Assembly: GCA_045537965.1 (NCBI GenBank)
Contig: JAZSQL010000014.1
Coordinates: forward strand, 4,256-68,255
From: Alphaproteobacteria bacterium
GTDB lineage: Bacteria; Pseudomonadota; Alphaproteobacteria; RF32; CAG-239
Direction: 5' to 3'
DNA length: 64,000 bases
Part shown: positions 36,323 to 45,369 of the stretch, one piece after another
How the letters are laid out: the number at the start of each line of letters is the position of its first letter
Numbering within the stretch: position 1 is the stretch's first letter
The notes under the pieces: model-generated
The model's input: only the letters and a program-made list of their open reading frames with translations
The model's database searches: none
Told to the model about the DNA's origin: nothing
Position numbers and translations under genes: made by a program

Positions 36323-38986
36323 ATGGATGATATTCATCTGGAAGACCCGCGTAAATTTTCTGCTAAACAGATAAAAAAATCGGTGGAAGAAGCTAAATAT
36401 AAACGTACATTTTGGCAATATTGGTTTGATTTGATTGTAAAAACAATCTTGCTTGCAACAATAATATCGCTTGATTTTACGCTGTTTGCAAATGCAGGTA
36501 GTTATAATTTGTTTTCTTCTTCAACGTGGCTTAATACAGAAGCTCAGTATATTTATATTGCTATTGTTGCATTCAGCTTTCTTTTCATGTTTATAGCTTC
36601 ATTCTTTAGGGCGTTAGAAAATTTTATTTTGTCTTTATCTTTTGCTGTATTGGGTGTCGCACTGATTAACCAATTTGCTACTTTTGAAAAAAAATCGGCT
36701 CTTTTGATTCTTTTTAATGGTGTATTTAGTGATAGTGTTAACACTATTATTTATGAATATTCGTCATGGATTGTTGGTGCCGCTATTTTTGTTTTGTCTT
36801 GGATTTTGTTAAAATTGTTAAGCCGTCAATTTATGCTTTATTTTACCTTATTGTTTGTTGCTCTTTTAGGGTGGGTTTTCAGTGAGGCGTATTTAAATAA
36901 TAACACACAATATTTTAGAGATATGGCATCGATACCGACGCTTAAAAATAAAGATAAAGGTAAAAATTTAGTGTTTTTGTCATTTAATAATTTGACTACA
37001 CCTGATAATCTCAGAAATATGTATTATAAATCAAAACAGCATCCAAACATTCAAGGAAGTTTTTATAATGCTTTGGGATTTTATACTAAAAACAATTTTA
37101 TCCTATACCCAAATGCAGCAGTTAATAACCCTGAACAGCCTTTTTATAATTTGATAGCTTCGTACAATCCTAATAGCAAGGATAACATTTCTGATTTGGT
37201 TTTATCTTCATCTGTAAGGGGTGGGTATTTTGATTTTACAGCTTTGCAGAACGATAGATTGTATATGGCCAAAAGCTCATTGTATGATATGTTAAAAAAA
37301 GATGGTTATTTTATAAATGTTTATCAGACTCGTGATATAGATACTTGTTATGTCAATGGAAAGTTGGTTGCAACTTCGTGTAAAGAAAAGGTAAATTTGC
37401 CAATAAGTTTTAATAATGGATATTATTCAACTACACAAAAAGTTATCCTGTTAACATCTCAATGGCTTAAATCAACAGGAATTGTATCGTCAATGAATCC
37501 CGTTTTGGCAATGCTGAAGTATGTTTATCCTAATCCAGATGTTATAGCTTTACCTTTTGAGGTAGACAAACTTTATACTGTCAATTCGTTCAAGGTTTTT
37601 GACCAAATTATAGATAGCATTGATAGAAACAATGGAAATCAAGCGTACTTTGCTGTTATTGACCTACCTTCAGAAACTTATGTTTATGATGAGTTCTGCA
37701 AGATAAAAGATATGAGCCAATGGCAATCTGAAAACATGTTGGAATTTGCTAGAACTCCAGTAGATAAACGTCGCAGTTCTTATGCTGATCAGGTTAGTTG
37801 TTTGTATGGTTCTTTGGAAAAATTTGTTCAGCAGTTAGATAAAGGAGGACATCTTGAGGATACAACCATTGTTATCCAAGGTATTAATAATCCTCTAGGT
37901 CTAGCAAGTAACGACAGAGATTTTTATCGTAAAATTCAAGAGAAATCACATGTAGCTTTGGCAATAAAGCCAGCAAAGGCATCCAAACCAAAAGTTGATT
38001 ATAGTGTATGTGATGTAACAGATATTTTGGATTCTTATTTTATTGGGCGTAAACCTTGTAAAGATTTTGGTAAAATTAAGACTACTGATAAAATAATGAA
38101 AGCTGTTAAAAACACTGTTGAACAAGATAAGTATAAAAAGCACGAAATAACAGCTGCTCAAAATAATTTTAACCAATGGTTTACAGCTTGGAAATCGCAA
38201 AATGAATTTGGAAATATGGAGGTTTTATCATTTAGTGAAGATAGTAAGCCTAATAATGAACCAGAAAAAATTGAAGAAGATATAAAGGTTGTTGCTGAGA
38301 GCAAAGTAACAGAAACTATCGTTGAAGACGTTCCTGAAGTTAAGATGGAATCAATTAGAGTGGCTAGTGATAATGAAGAAACTGCTAAAAATAGTGATAT
38401 TGAGGATGTAAAAGAAGATATTGTTAAAGAAACAGATAGCAAAATAGTAGTTGATAATTTGCCTAAAGAGAATGCTAACACTGATGAAGCTCCAATAGAA
38501 ACAAAAACTGGAACGGAAGAGCTTGTTGAAGAGCTTACTTTTGAAAAGGTTAAAGTGTTGGAAGATCCAGTTGTAGACAATGATATCACAGTACCAGACA
38601 TTGAACTTGAAGATATTACAGAAGCTGAAGATAAACCTGAAAGTGATGTGAATATTGTAGAAGAAGTAGTTCCTGATGTTGTAGTAGAAGAAGTTGACGA
38701 TGAGCAGCAATTGAGTGATGCTGATATTGCTATAGCTAGGGCCAAACAACGATTGGCAGATAAATTAGCGAAGGAAAAAGCTGAGAATAATTCGCCAAAA
38801 ACTGTTGATGATTTAGTGGGGCAGGTACCAAATGAAGCTTTGCGCAATGTTTTAGAAGCTCCTGTTGTAGAAGGACAGAAACTTTCTCCTGAGGAATTAA
38901 AAAGGCAATATAGAGAGGCTCTTAAAAAAGCAAATCAAGCTAGTAAAGCAGATATAAATATTGAAGTAAAAGTAATTGAAAGATAA
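36323..38986 (+). CDS. Large polytopic membrane protein with extracytoplasmic domain and ~250-aa acidic tail (function unknown)
   Basis: About five TM helices in the first ~200 aa, a ~430-aa soluble middle domain, then a Glu/Asp/Val/Lys-rich low-complexity C-terminus. ATG at 36323 is 7 nt after GAGGA. The 5-TM-plus-large-domain architecture recalls EptA/LtaS-type enzymes, but I could not find their catalytic motifs. Confidence 0.5.
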   Translation: MDDIHLEDPRKFSAKQIKKSVEEAKYKRTFWQYWFDLIVKTILLATIISLDFTLFANAGSYNLFSSSTWLNTEAQYIYIAIVAFSFLFMFIASFFRALENFILSLSFAVLGVALINQFATFEKKSALLILFNGVFSDSVNTIIYEYSSWIVGAAIFVLSWILLKLLSRQFMLYFTLLFVALLGWVFSEAYLNNNTQYFRDMASIPTLKNKDKGKNLVFLSFNNLTTPDNLRNMYYKSKQHPNIQGSFYNALGFYTKNNFILYPNAAVNNPEQPFYNLIASYNPNSKDNISDLVLSSSVRGGYFDFTALQNDRLYMAKSSLYDMLKKDGYFINVYQTRDIDTCYVNGKLVATSCKEKVNLPISFNNGYYSTTQKVILLTSQWLKSTGIVSSMNPVLAMLKYVYPNPDVIALPFEVDKLYTVNSFKVFDQIIDSIDRNNGNQAYFAVIDLPSETYVYDEFCKIKDMSQWQSENMLEFARTPVDKRRSSYADQVSCLYGSLEKFVQQLDKGGHLEDTTIVIQGINNPLGLASNDRDFYRKIQEKSHVALAIKPAKASKPKVDYSVCDVTDILDSYFIGRKPCKDFGKIKTTDKIMKAVKNTVEQDKYKKHEITAAQNNFNQWFTAWKSQNEFGNMEVLSFSEDSKPNNEPEKIEEDIKVVAESKVTETIVEDVPEVKMESIRVASDNEETAKNSDIEDVKEDIVKETDSKIVVDNLPKENANTDEAPIETKTGTEELVEELTFEKVKVLEDPVVDNDITVPDIELEDITEAEDKPESDVNIVEEVVPDVVVEEVDDEQQLSDADIAIARAKQRLADKLAKEKAENNSPKTVDDLVGQVPNEALRNVLEAPVVEGQKLSPEELKRQYREALKKANQASKADINIEVKVIER

Positions 38987-39004
38987 TTTCTGGGGAAAAT
39001 TATA

Positions 39005-40045
39005 GTGCTTGAACAAAAAAATTTAGCAAGCAATTCGTTGTTAAAAAAAAAGATTAGAGTTTTTTTTAGTAATAAACGAGCAAAGGTTTCTTTGCTTTTG
39101 TTTGCAGTGCTATTTGTTTTAAGTTTGTTTTCTGAATTAATAGCCAATGATAAACCGTTAGCTATTGAGTATGATGGAAATTGGTATTTTCCTATTTTTA
39201 AGAATTATACAGAACAGACTTTTGATGGTGACTTTCCGACACCAGCTGATTATAAAGATCCTTATATTGTAAGCAATATCAAGAAAAAGGGCAACCTGTG
39301 GTTTACATTAATACCTTTTTCTTTTAATACAGTTGATTATAAATTAGATAAATCAACTCCGTCGGCACCAGACAAAATACATTGGCTTGGAACAGATGAT
39401 GAGGGAAGAGATATATTAGCAAGAATTTTATATGGCTTACGTTTATCTGTTATATTTGCCTTTATACTTACAACCATATCTTCTTTTATAGGAATTATGA
39501 TTGGAGCTACTCAAGGTTATTTTGGTGGTAAAGTAGATATTATTATTCAACGTATTTTAGAAATATGGGAATCATTACCACAACTTTTTATTTTGATTAT
39601 TGTTGCAAGTGTTTTTGCTCCAGGTTTTTGGACATTACTTATAATTATGCTATTTTTTAATTGGCCTGCGTTAGTTGGTGTGGTGCGGGCTGAGTTCTTG
39701 AGGGTAAGAAATTTTGAATTTGTTAAAGCGGCCAAAGCTTTGGGCGTTAGCAATATTCGTATTATGTTCAGACATATATTGCCCAATGCATTGGTGGCTT
39801 CGATAACTTTTATTCCTTTTATATTATCAGAATCTATAGTTGCTTTAACAGCTCTTGATTTTTTGGGACTAGGTTTATCTTATGAATACCCATCATTAGG
39901 TGATTTGGTTCGACAAGGAAAAGATAATCTACAAGCACCATGGATTGGGGTTTCGATATTTATTGTTTTAGCATCTTTATTAACGATGCTTATATTTATA
40001 GGTGAGGGAATTCGCGATGCTTTTGATAGTAGGAGAAATCGTTAA
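39005..40045 (+). CDS. yejE: Peptide/microcin-C-type ABC importer permease
   Basis: Matches the YejE pattern along its length as I remember it (SELIANDKPL...YDGNWYFP, HWLGTDDEGRDILARILYG, LVGVVRAEFLRVRNFEFVKAAKALGVS, LQAPWIG). GTG start. Confidence 0.85.
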   Translation: MLEQKNLASNSLLKKKIRVFFSNKRAKVSLLLFAVLFVLSLFSELIANDKPLAIEYDGNWYFPIFKNYTEQTFDGDFPTPADYKDPYIVSNIKKKGNLWFTLIPFSFNTVDYKLDKSTPSAPDKIHWLGTDDEGRDILARILYGLRLSVIFAFILTTISSFIGIMIGATQGYFGGKVDIIIQRILEIWESLPQLFILIIVASVFAPGFWTLLIIMLFFNWPALVGVVRAEFLRVRNFEFVKAAKALGVSNIRIMFRHILPNALVASITFIPFILSESIVALTALDFLGLGLSYEYPSLGDLVRQGKDNLQAPWIGVSIFIVLASLLTMLIFIGEGIRDAFDSRRNR

Positions 40046-41712
40046 TGCCTTTATTGGAAGTTCGTAATTTAGGAATAGGATTTAATCATTCAGATGGCTA
40101 TAAATATAAGGTAGTTAAAAAGATAGATTTTGATTTAAATAGTGGTGAAGTTCTAGGAATAGTTGGTGAATCTGGTTCAGGAAAATCTATAACAGCTCTT
40201 TCTATATTAGGCTTATTACCATATCCCAAAGCCTTTCATACAAAAAATAGTTCTATAAAATTCAAAGGCATAGAATTAATTGACAATCCTAATATTCAAC
40301 AATTTCGAGGCAACAAATTTGGATTTGTATTTCAAGAACCAATGTCTAGCTTAAATCCGTTGCATACTATTGGTAAACAAATTGCTGAAACCTTGATTTT
40401 ACATCAAAAAATGAGTTTTAAGCAAGCTAAGATAGAGGCTATTAGATTATTAAAATTAACAGGAATTAAAGATGCTGAAAATAGGTTTAATGCATATCCA
40501 TATGAATTATCTGGTGGTCAAAGACAAAGAGTTATGATAGCAATAGCTATTGCTAATAAGCCAGATATCTTAATTGCAGATGAACCAACAACAGCTCTTG
40601 ACGTTACTGTAGCAACACAAATTTTGGATTTGTTACTAAAATTAAAAAATGAATTAGGAATGTCAATTATTTTTATAAGTCATGATTTAAATGTTATACG
40701 CAAGATATCTAACCGTGTACTTGTGATGAGAAGTGGTAAAATTGTTGAGCAAGGTACAACGGAAGATATATTTAAACATCCAAGGGATAGTTACACCAAA
40801 ACTTTAATATATTCATATAGTGTTTTGAAAAAGAATAATTACTCTTGGAAGGATTATTTAATTGAAGCACGAAATGTTATGGTTAAATATCCCATTGTTA
40901 AAGATTTTTGGGGAAGAGTTAAGGAATATTTGTTTGCGGTTAACAGTATATCTATAAAATTAAAAAGAGGAATGACACTTGGAATAGTTGGTGAATCTGG
41001 TTCAGGAAAAACAACTCTAGCTATGGCCTTGGCAGGTCTCATTGATTATGATGGAGAAGTTTTACTAAATAAACAAGATATAAACTCAATAAAAAACAAA
41101 GAATTACGAAAAAAAATTCAAATAGTTTTTCAAGATCCGTATAATTCTCTTAATCCTCGTATGAATGTAAGAGAAATTATAGAAGAAGGGCTTAGAGTTC
41201 ATTTTAAAAATATGACAAAAGCTCAATGGTTGGATAAAATAAAGGAAACATTATATGAGGTTGGATTAAAAGATGATGTTTTAGATAAATATCCACATGA
41301 ATTTTCAGGTGGTCAAAGACAGCGAATTGCTATAGCTAGAGCGTTAGTGGTTGAACCAGATTTATTAATTCTAGATGAGCCAACATCAGCTTTAGACGTA
41401 ACAATTGCAGCACAAATACTTAAATTGTTGCATAAAATACAATGCAATAGAAAGATATCTTATTTGTTTATATCGCATGATTTTAGAGCGATTAGGGCGT
41501 TAGCTGATGATATCGCCGTTATGAAAGATGGAAAAATTGTTGAGATAAATGTGGCTAGTAAAATTTTTGAAATGGCTAAAAATCCTTATACTAAAAAACT
41601 CATTTACGCTGCAAATATAGGAAAAAGTAATGATAAATCAACGTATAAAAAACATTATAAAAATGTTAGGAAAATTCAAAGATCTGAAACGAAGCGGATG
41701 GTTAATGAATAA
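40045..41712 (+). CDS. yejF: Peptide ABC importer, duplicated ATPase
   Basis: Two ABC cassettes (GESGSGKS twice, LSGGQRQR / FSGGQRQR, ADEPTTALD / LDEPTSALD). Its start overlaps the yejE stop (TAATG). Confidence 0.85.
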   Translation: MPLLEVRNLGIGFNHSDGYKYKVVKKIDFDLNSGEVLGIVGESGSGKSITALSILGLLPYPKAFHTKNSSIKFKGIELIDNPNIQQFRGNKFGFVFQEPMSSLNPLHTIGKQIAETLILHQKMSFKQAKIEAIRLLKLTGIKDAENRFNAYPYELSGGQRQRVMIAIAIANKPDILIADEPTTALDVTVATQILDLLLKLKNELGMSIIFISHDLNVIRKISNRVLVMRSGKIVEQGTTEDIFKHPRDSYTKTLIYSYSVLKKNNYSWKDYLIEARNVMVKYPIVKDFWGRVKEYLFAVNSISIKLKRGMTLGIVGESGSGKTTLAMALAGLIDYDGEVLLNKQDINSIKNKELRKKIQIVFQDPYNSLNPRMNVREIIEEGLRVHFKNMTKAQWLDKIKETLYEVGLKDDVLDKYPHEFSGGQRQRIAIARALVVEPDLLILDEPTSALDVTIAAQILKLLHKIQCNRKISYLFISHDFRAIRALADDIAVMKDGKIVEINVASKIFEMAKNPYTKKLIYAANIGKSNDKSTYKKHYKNVRKIQRSETKRMVNE

Positions 41713-42187
41713 TATAGAAGATCCAGAATCTGATGCTGAGCACAGTTTTGGGGTCGCTTTGTTGGTTATGATGTTTACACCTGAAAGTTTAGATAGGCAA
41801 AAATGTTTAGAATTGGCCTTAGTTCATGATTTAGCAGAAATTTATGCTGGTGATTTTACGCCTTTTGACGATATAACACCAGAGCAAAAAGATAAATTAG
41901 AAAAAGAAGCTGCTGCAAGACTAGCTAGTGAGACTGGTTGGCAAAATTTATGTAATTTGGTAGAAGAATATAATGATAAGATGACACTAGAGGCTAAATT
42001 TGTAGGTCTTATTGATAAACTTGAAACAACCATGACGGCTCGTTATTATGAAGATAACGAACGGGCGAGTAGGGTGCTCATTGACGAATTTGCTGCATAT
42101 GCAAATCGTTATGCTGAAAAATATGATGATAAAGAACTGTCTCAGATAAAAAATATTATAAAAAATATAAAGGATTATTCTTCATAA
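41630..42187 (+). CDS. HD-domain phosphohydrolase (YfbR-like 5'-nucleotidase family)
   Basis: LKRSGW...ESDAEHSF, LVHDLAEIYAGD, IDKLE. The start is 41630 or the ATG at 41663. Either start overlaps the yejF 3' end by 50-83 nt. Confidence 0.7.
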   Translation: MINQRIKNIIKMLGKFKDLKRSGWLMNNIEDPESDAEHSFGVALLVMMFTPESLDRQKCLELALVHDLAEIYAGDFTPFDDITPEQKDKLEKEAAARLASETGWQNLCNLVEEYNDKMTLEAKFVGLIDKLETTMTARYYEDNERASRVLIDEFAAYANRYAEKYDDKELSQIKNIIKNIKDYSS

Positions 42188-42957
42188 CTCTGTAAAATAT
42201 TTAATGACATTTGCATATCTTCTGGATAACCAGTATGAGGTGTAAGAGAAAATATAGTTCCGCTATCAGCTATTTTATCAGCTAATATATTTTCATAGTC
42301 AACGTTCCCTTCACCGATAACGACAAAGCGTTTTAATTCTGCATCATAGTCTTTGATATGAAAATACGAACAATTATTAATTAAATCTTGAAGTTCTTGA
42401 GGATTAAAGTTGTCTTCCATAGCAACTATTGCTCCAAGATCCAGTAATGGAAAAATATTAGAGAAATTATATATTTCTAAAAGTTTGTGCATTTTTGAAA
42501 TGGTATCTATATTACATAATCCATCATTTTCTAACAATAAGGTGATGCCTCTTTCTAGCGCCATTTGGCTGTATATGTCTAATTTTTTACCTAATTCTTC
42601 TAAAGATATGTCGCTTTGATTATAGGAATAAATACGAATACTTGGAGCGCCAAATATGTCGGCAATATCCATAAGTTTTACGAAGTATTCTTCTTCATTT
42701 TCAACCTGTTGCATCATTATATTAAAGTCTTTTTTGTTTGATGACCATTTTAAAAAAGGAGAAGATATGCAAGATACCAAAATACCATTTGAGGATATTT
42801 TTGTTGATATTTGAGATAGCTCCTCAAAAGAAAAATCTGTAATATTTTTACCTATAATTTTATGTAATTCTATATATTTTAGACCATTTTTTTTGGCAAA
42901 AGACAATGCCTCATCAATATTTTCAGAAAACTCATCATTTATAAAACTTATTTCCAT
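42175..42957 (-). CDS. Sugar-phosphate isomerase/epimerase (xylose isomerase-like TIM barrel)
   Basis: 260 aa with alternating beta-alpha pattern (LKYIELH..., IRIYS..., LLLEND...). A family-level call only. Confidence 0.5.
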   Translation of the reverse strand: MEISFINDEFSENIDEALSFAKKNGLKYIELHKIIGKNITDFSFEELSQISTKISSNGILVSCISSPFLKWSSNKKDFNIMMQQVENEEEYFVKLMDIADIFGAPSIRIYSYNQSDISLEELGKKLDIYSQMALERGITLLLENDGLCNIDTISKMHKLLEIYNFSNIFPLLDLGAIVAMEDNFNPQELQDLINNCSYFHIKDYDAELKRFVVIGEGNVDYENILADKIADSGTIFSLTPHTGYPEDMQMSLNILQSYEE

Positions 42958-42960
42958 TTT

Positions 42961-43438
42961 CTATTCCTTATTTATTTTTGCAAAAATTTTTTCGTTATAA
43001 TATGTACCATATTTGTACAGAGCATCTTTTAACAACCCTTCATATATATAATTATTACGTTCTGCAACACGAGAAGAGGCCGTATTTTCTTCTTCGACAA
43101 TTATACTCTTCAGCCAACCAATAACCTATATCGGCACTATTATTTTTACAATCAATATTATGAATATCTATTGAGCCAATAGCCTTACCAGTTGCTTTAA
43201 GTACGATAGAGTAGGCATAGTTTTCGTTGCTTTGCCATAAATTAGTGAACATATCTGTTGCAGATGTACAATCATCAATGGAATTGGTTTTATCAACCCA
43301 AAGGAGATATCGGCGCAAAAATTGACGATTTTTATCTGTCTCAGACCAAAGGTCTGCATCAAAGTTATGATTTATACGTGCATGTAGCTCTATAATATCA
43401 TCTTCAATTAATTCAGGCATTTTAGAAGCATCTAACAT
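42961..43438 (-). pseudogene. Decayed RimJ/RimL-type GNAT acetyltransferase (frameshift plus loss of the acetyl-CoA loop)
   Basis: The N-terminal frame reads ...YSIVLKATGKAIGSIDIHNID...ADIGYWLAEEY, then runs into NCRRRKYGLFSCCRT-stop. A different frame continues ENTASSRVAERNNYIYEGLLKDALYKYGTYYNEKIFAKINKE-stop (stop at 42961-42963). This is a typical GNAT C-terminus. The Q/RxxGxG/A segment expected between the two parts is missing. Confidence 0.6.
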
Positions 43439-43610
43439 TTTTTCTCCAACTGTATTGTAAATTTATTGTATTTTTCGTCAAAACAGTATAACTATTTGAT
43501 TAAAAATAATAAAATTACTTGACTATAAACATGAGGGAATAGTACCTTTACTTATAAATGTATTTGTCGCATAATATATGTTATGTATAACACGCTTATA
43601 GATATGACTA

Positions 43611-44555
43611 TTATTTACCACAATTACCTTTTTTAGTAACAATCATCGCTTTAAGAATATCTTTATTTTCTGGTGATACAAGATACATTCCTGAACTTTT
43701 ACGAAACGCAGTGTAGTATGAATTTGTTTCTCTCAATTGTTCTGCAGAAGCATTTCGTTCAATCATATTCTGACATACATTTTCCCATGTGGCTTGAATA
43801 TAATTTAGGGAATCTTTACTTAGATAATCGTCACGAGAACGAACAATAGCCTGAACTATTTCTCTACTTGTTTGCTCTCGATCTGGATTATTTATTTTGT
43901 CTGTATCGTAATAATTTTCGAACATACGATTATAAACACTTACTTTATCTGCAACACCTTCGCGATACATGCGTGAAACAATATCTGGTAAAAGATTATA
44001 AGCTACATCATGTGGTGGCATGGTAACGGGAAAGCCAATTCCTAAACCTTTTATTTGTTCTTCTCTGCGAGCAAACATTGAAACTTCACTTAAGTAGCGA
44101 TGTACCCCTAGTGCTACACATTCAACACGATATCCTGCTTCTTTAGCTTCTAATAATGTTCCCATTTTCCAATCATTAGGGCTAGATAATATGCTATCTA
44201 TCTGAAGATTGTAGCCAGCGTTAAAAGTATCTGTAACTAGTTTTTGTCTAGCCCAAGACATATCATTTTTAGTTATAAATGGATAGTTGACAGGATCATT
44301 TTTTAATAATTCGCTAGCGTATGGGAGTAAACTTCTTATATCGTCCCCACCAAATTTGACAGGCTCGGGGTCTAACATTTGAGCATATTTAACAGAAGCT
44401 GTCGTTTTTCCTGCTCCTGGCTGTCCTGTTAAAAGTACAAATACAGGTTTATCACTCTTTTGTTTTCCTTCCAAAAAGAGTGGTTTTACAACTTTATCAT
44501 ACCATTCCTGGCGTTCTTCATCATTTAATCCATATTTTTTTACTGTTGCGTCCAT
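43611..44555 (-). CDS. Zeta-toxin-family P-loop kinase
   Basis: PVFVLLTGQPGAGKTTAS Walker A, GGDDIRSLLPY, LQIDSILSS, EAGYRVECVALGVHRYLSEVSMFARREE. This is the zeta/PezT domain order. Confidence 0.75.
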   Translation of the reverse strand: MDATVKKYGLNDEERQEWYDKVVKPLFLEGKQKSDKPVFVLLTGQPGAGKTTASVKYAQMLDPEPVKFGGDDIRSLLPYASELLKNDPVNYPFITKNDMSWARQKLVTDTFNAGYNLQIDSILSSPNDWKMGTLLEAKEAGYRVECVALGVHRYLSEVSMFARREEQIKGLGIGFPVTMPPHDVAYNLLPDIVSRMYREGVADKVSVYNRMFENYYDTDKINNPDREQTSREIVQAIVRSRDDYLSKDSLNYIQATWENVCQNMIERNASAEQLRETNSYYTAFRKSSGMYLVSPENKDILKAMIVTKKGNCGK

Positions 44556-44788
44556 GGTGTTTTTCCTTCAAGCTTTTGTAAAATTGGTTTGTATAACGTA
44601 TTGGCTTTAATAATAAGTTCTTTTCTTAATAAATGGCGCATATCGTATTTTATTTGGCGCATTTTCCTTATATAATCATCTTTATCTTGTGGATTTTTAA
44701 GCATGAGCTTAGAATATTCTCGATAGAGTGAAAGCATTATAAAATGAGCCATTTCAACATTAGCTATTTGTTGTTCATTTTCAATCAT
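44540..44788 (-). CDS. Small helical protein, candidate cognate antitoxin or partner of the zeta-like kinase
   Basis: 82-89 aa depending on the start (ATG at 44809, 44794 or 44788). The 44788 start forms an ATGA overlap with the upstream stop. Its 3' end overlaps the zeta-like start by 16 nt. Confidence 0.45.
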   Translation of the reverse strand: MIENEQQIANVEMAHFIMLSLYREYSKLMLKNPQDKDDYIRKMRQIKYDMRHLLRKELIIKANTLYKPILQKLEGKTPWTQQ

Positions 44789-45369
44789 AGCCATTCTACT
44801 ATTGACCATTTGCCCTCCTCTTTTTTTATGTGTAAAATTGCACCGTTTTTAATATCTGTTTGGCATTGTCCTAAAGCAACCAATGTTTGAGCAAGCATAA
44901 TTCCATGTGATGATACTGCTATGGTGGTGTATTTTGGATTGTTTGCCCACTGCTCTAATCCTTCAAAAATACGCTCTCTAACTTCTTTGCGAGTTTCACC
45001 TCCTGGATAACAAACGTCTTCAAATTCGTTACCAGGAGTATGCATTTTATTGAAAATATCGGTATATTCATCACGAATTTTGGTATAGTGCATCCCTTCA
45101 ACAACACCAACATTAACTTCAATAAAATGATTGTCTGTTTCTATAGGAAGTTCTAGTGACTTGTTTGCGAGCTCTGCTGTTTGCATAGCTCTTTTAAGTG
45201 GAGATGTAACAATAATTTCAACTCCTTTATCTTTTAGGCGTTCACCAACAGTTAGAGCCTGTTCTTTTCCTAAGTCAGTTAAAACAGAATCATTTGTTTG
45301 TCCTTGAGTGCGTCCCTCAACATTATACGAACTTTGTCCGTGACGAAATATATAAAAATCTTTTCTCAT
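44785..45369 (-). CDS. Histidine phosphatase family protein (phosphoglycerate mutase-like)
   Basis: FYIFRHGQSSYN catalytic RHG motif, TSPLKRAMQTA, VSSHG. Confidence 0.8.
   Translation of the reverse strand: MRKDFYIFRHGQSSYNVEGRTQGQTNDSVLTDLGKEQALTVGERLKDKGVEIIVTSPLKRAMQTAELANKSLELPIETDNHFIEVNVGVVEGMHYTKIRDEYTDIFNKMHTPGNEFEDVCYPGGETRKEVRERIFEGLEQWANNPKYTTIAVSSHGIMLAQTLVALGQCQTDIKNGAILHIKKEEGKWSIVEWL

Noticed and set aside
38158-38847. Track ORFs of 229 aa (Ser/Thr-rich) and 132 aa (38351-38749) on the minus strand.
   Set aside because: Both are antisense shadows of the GAA/GAT/GTT-rich acidic tail of the 887-aa gene. They have extreme low-complexity composition and no RBS.
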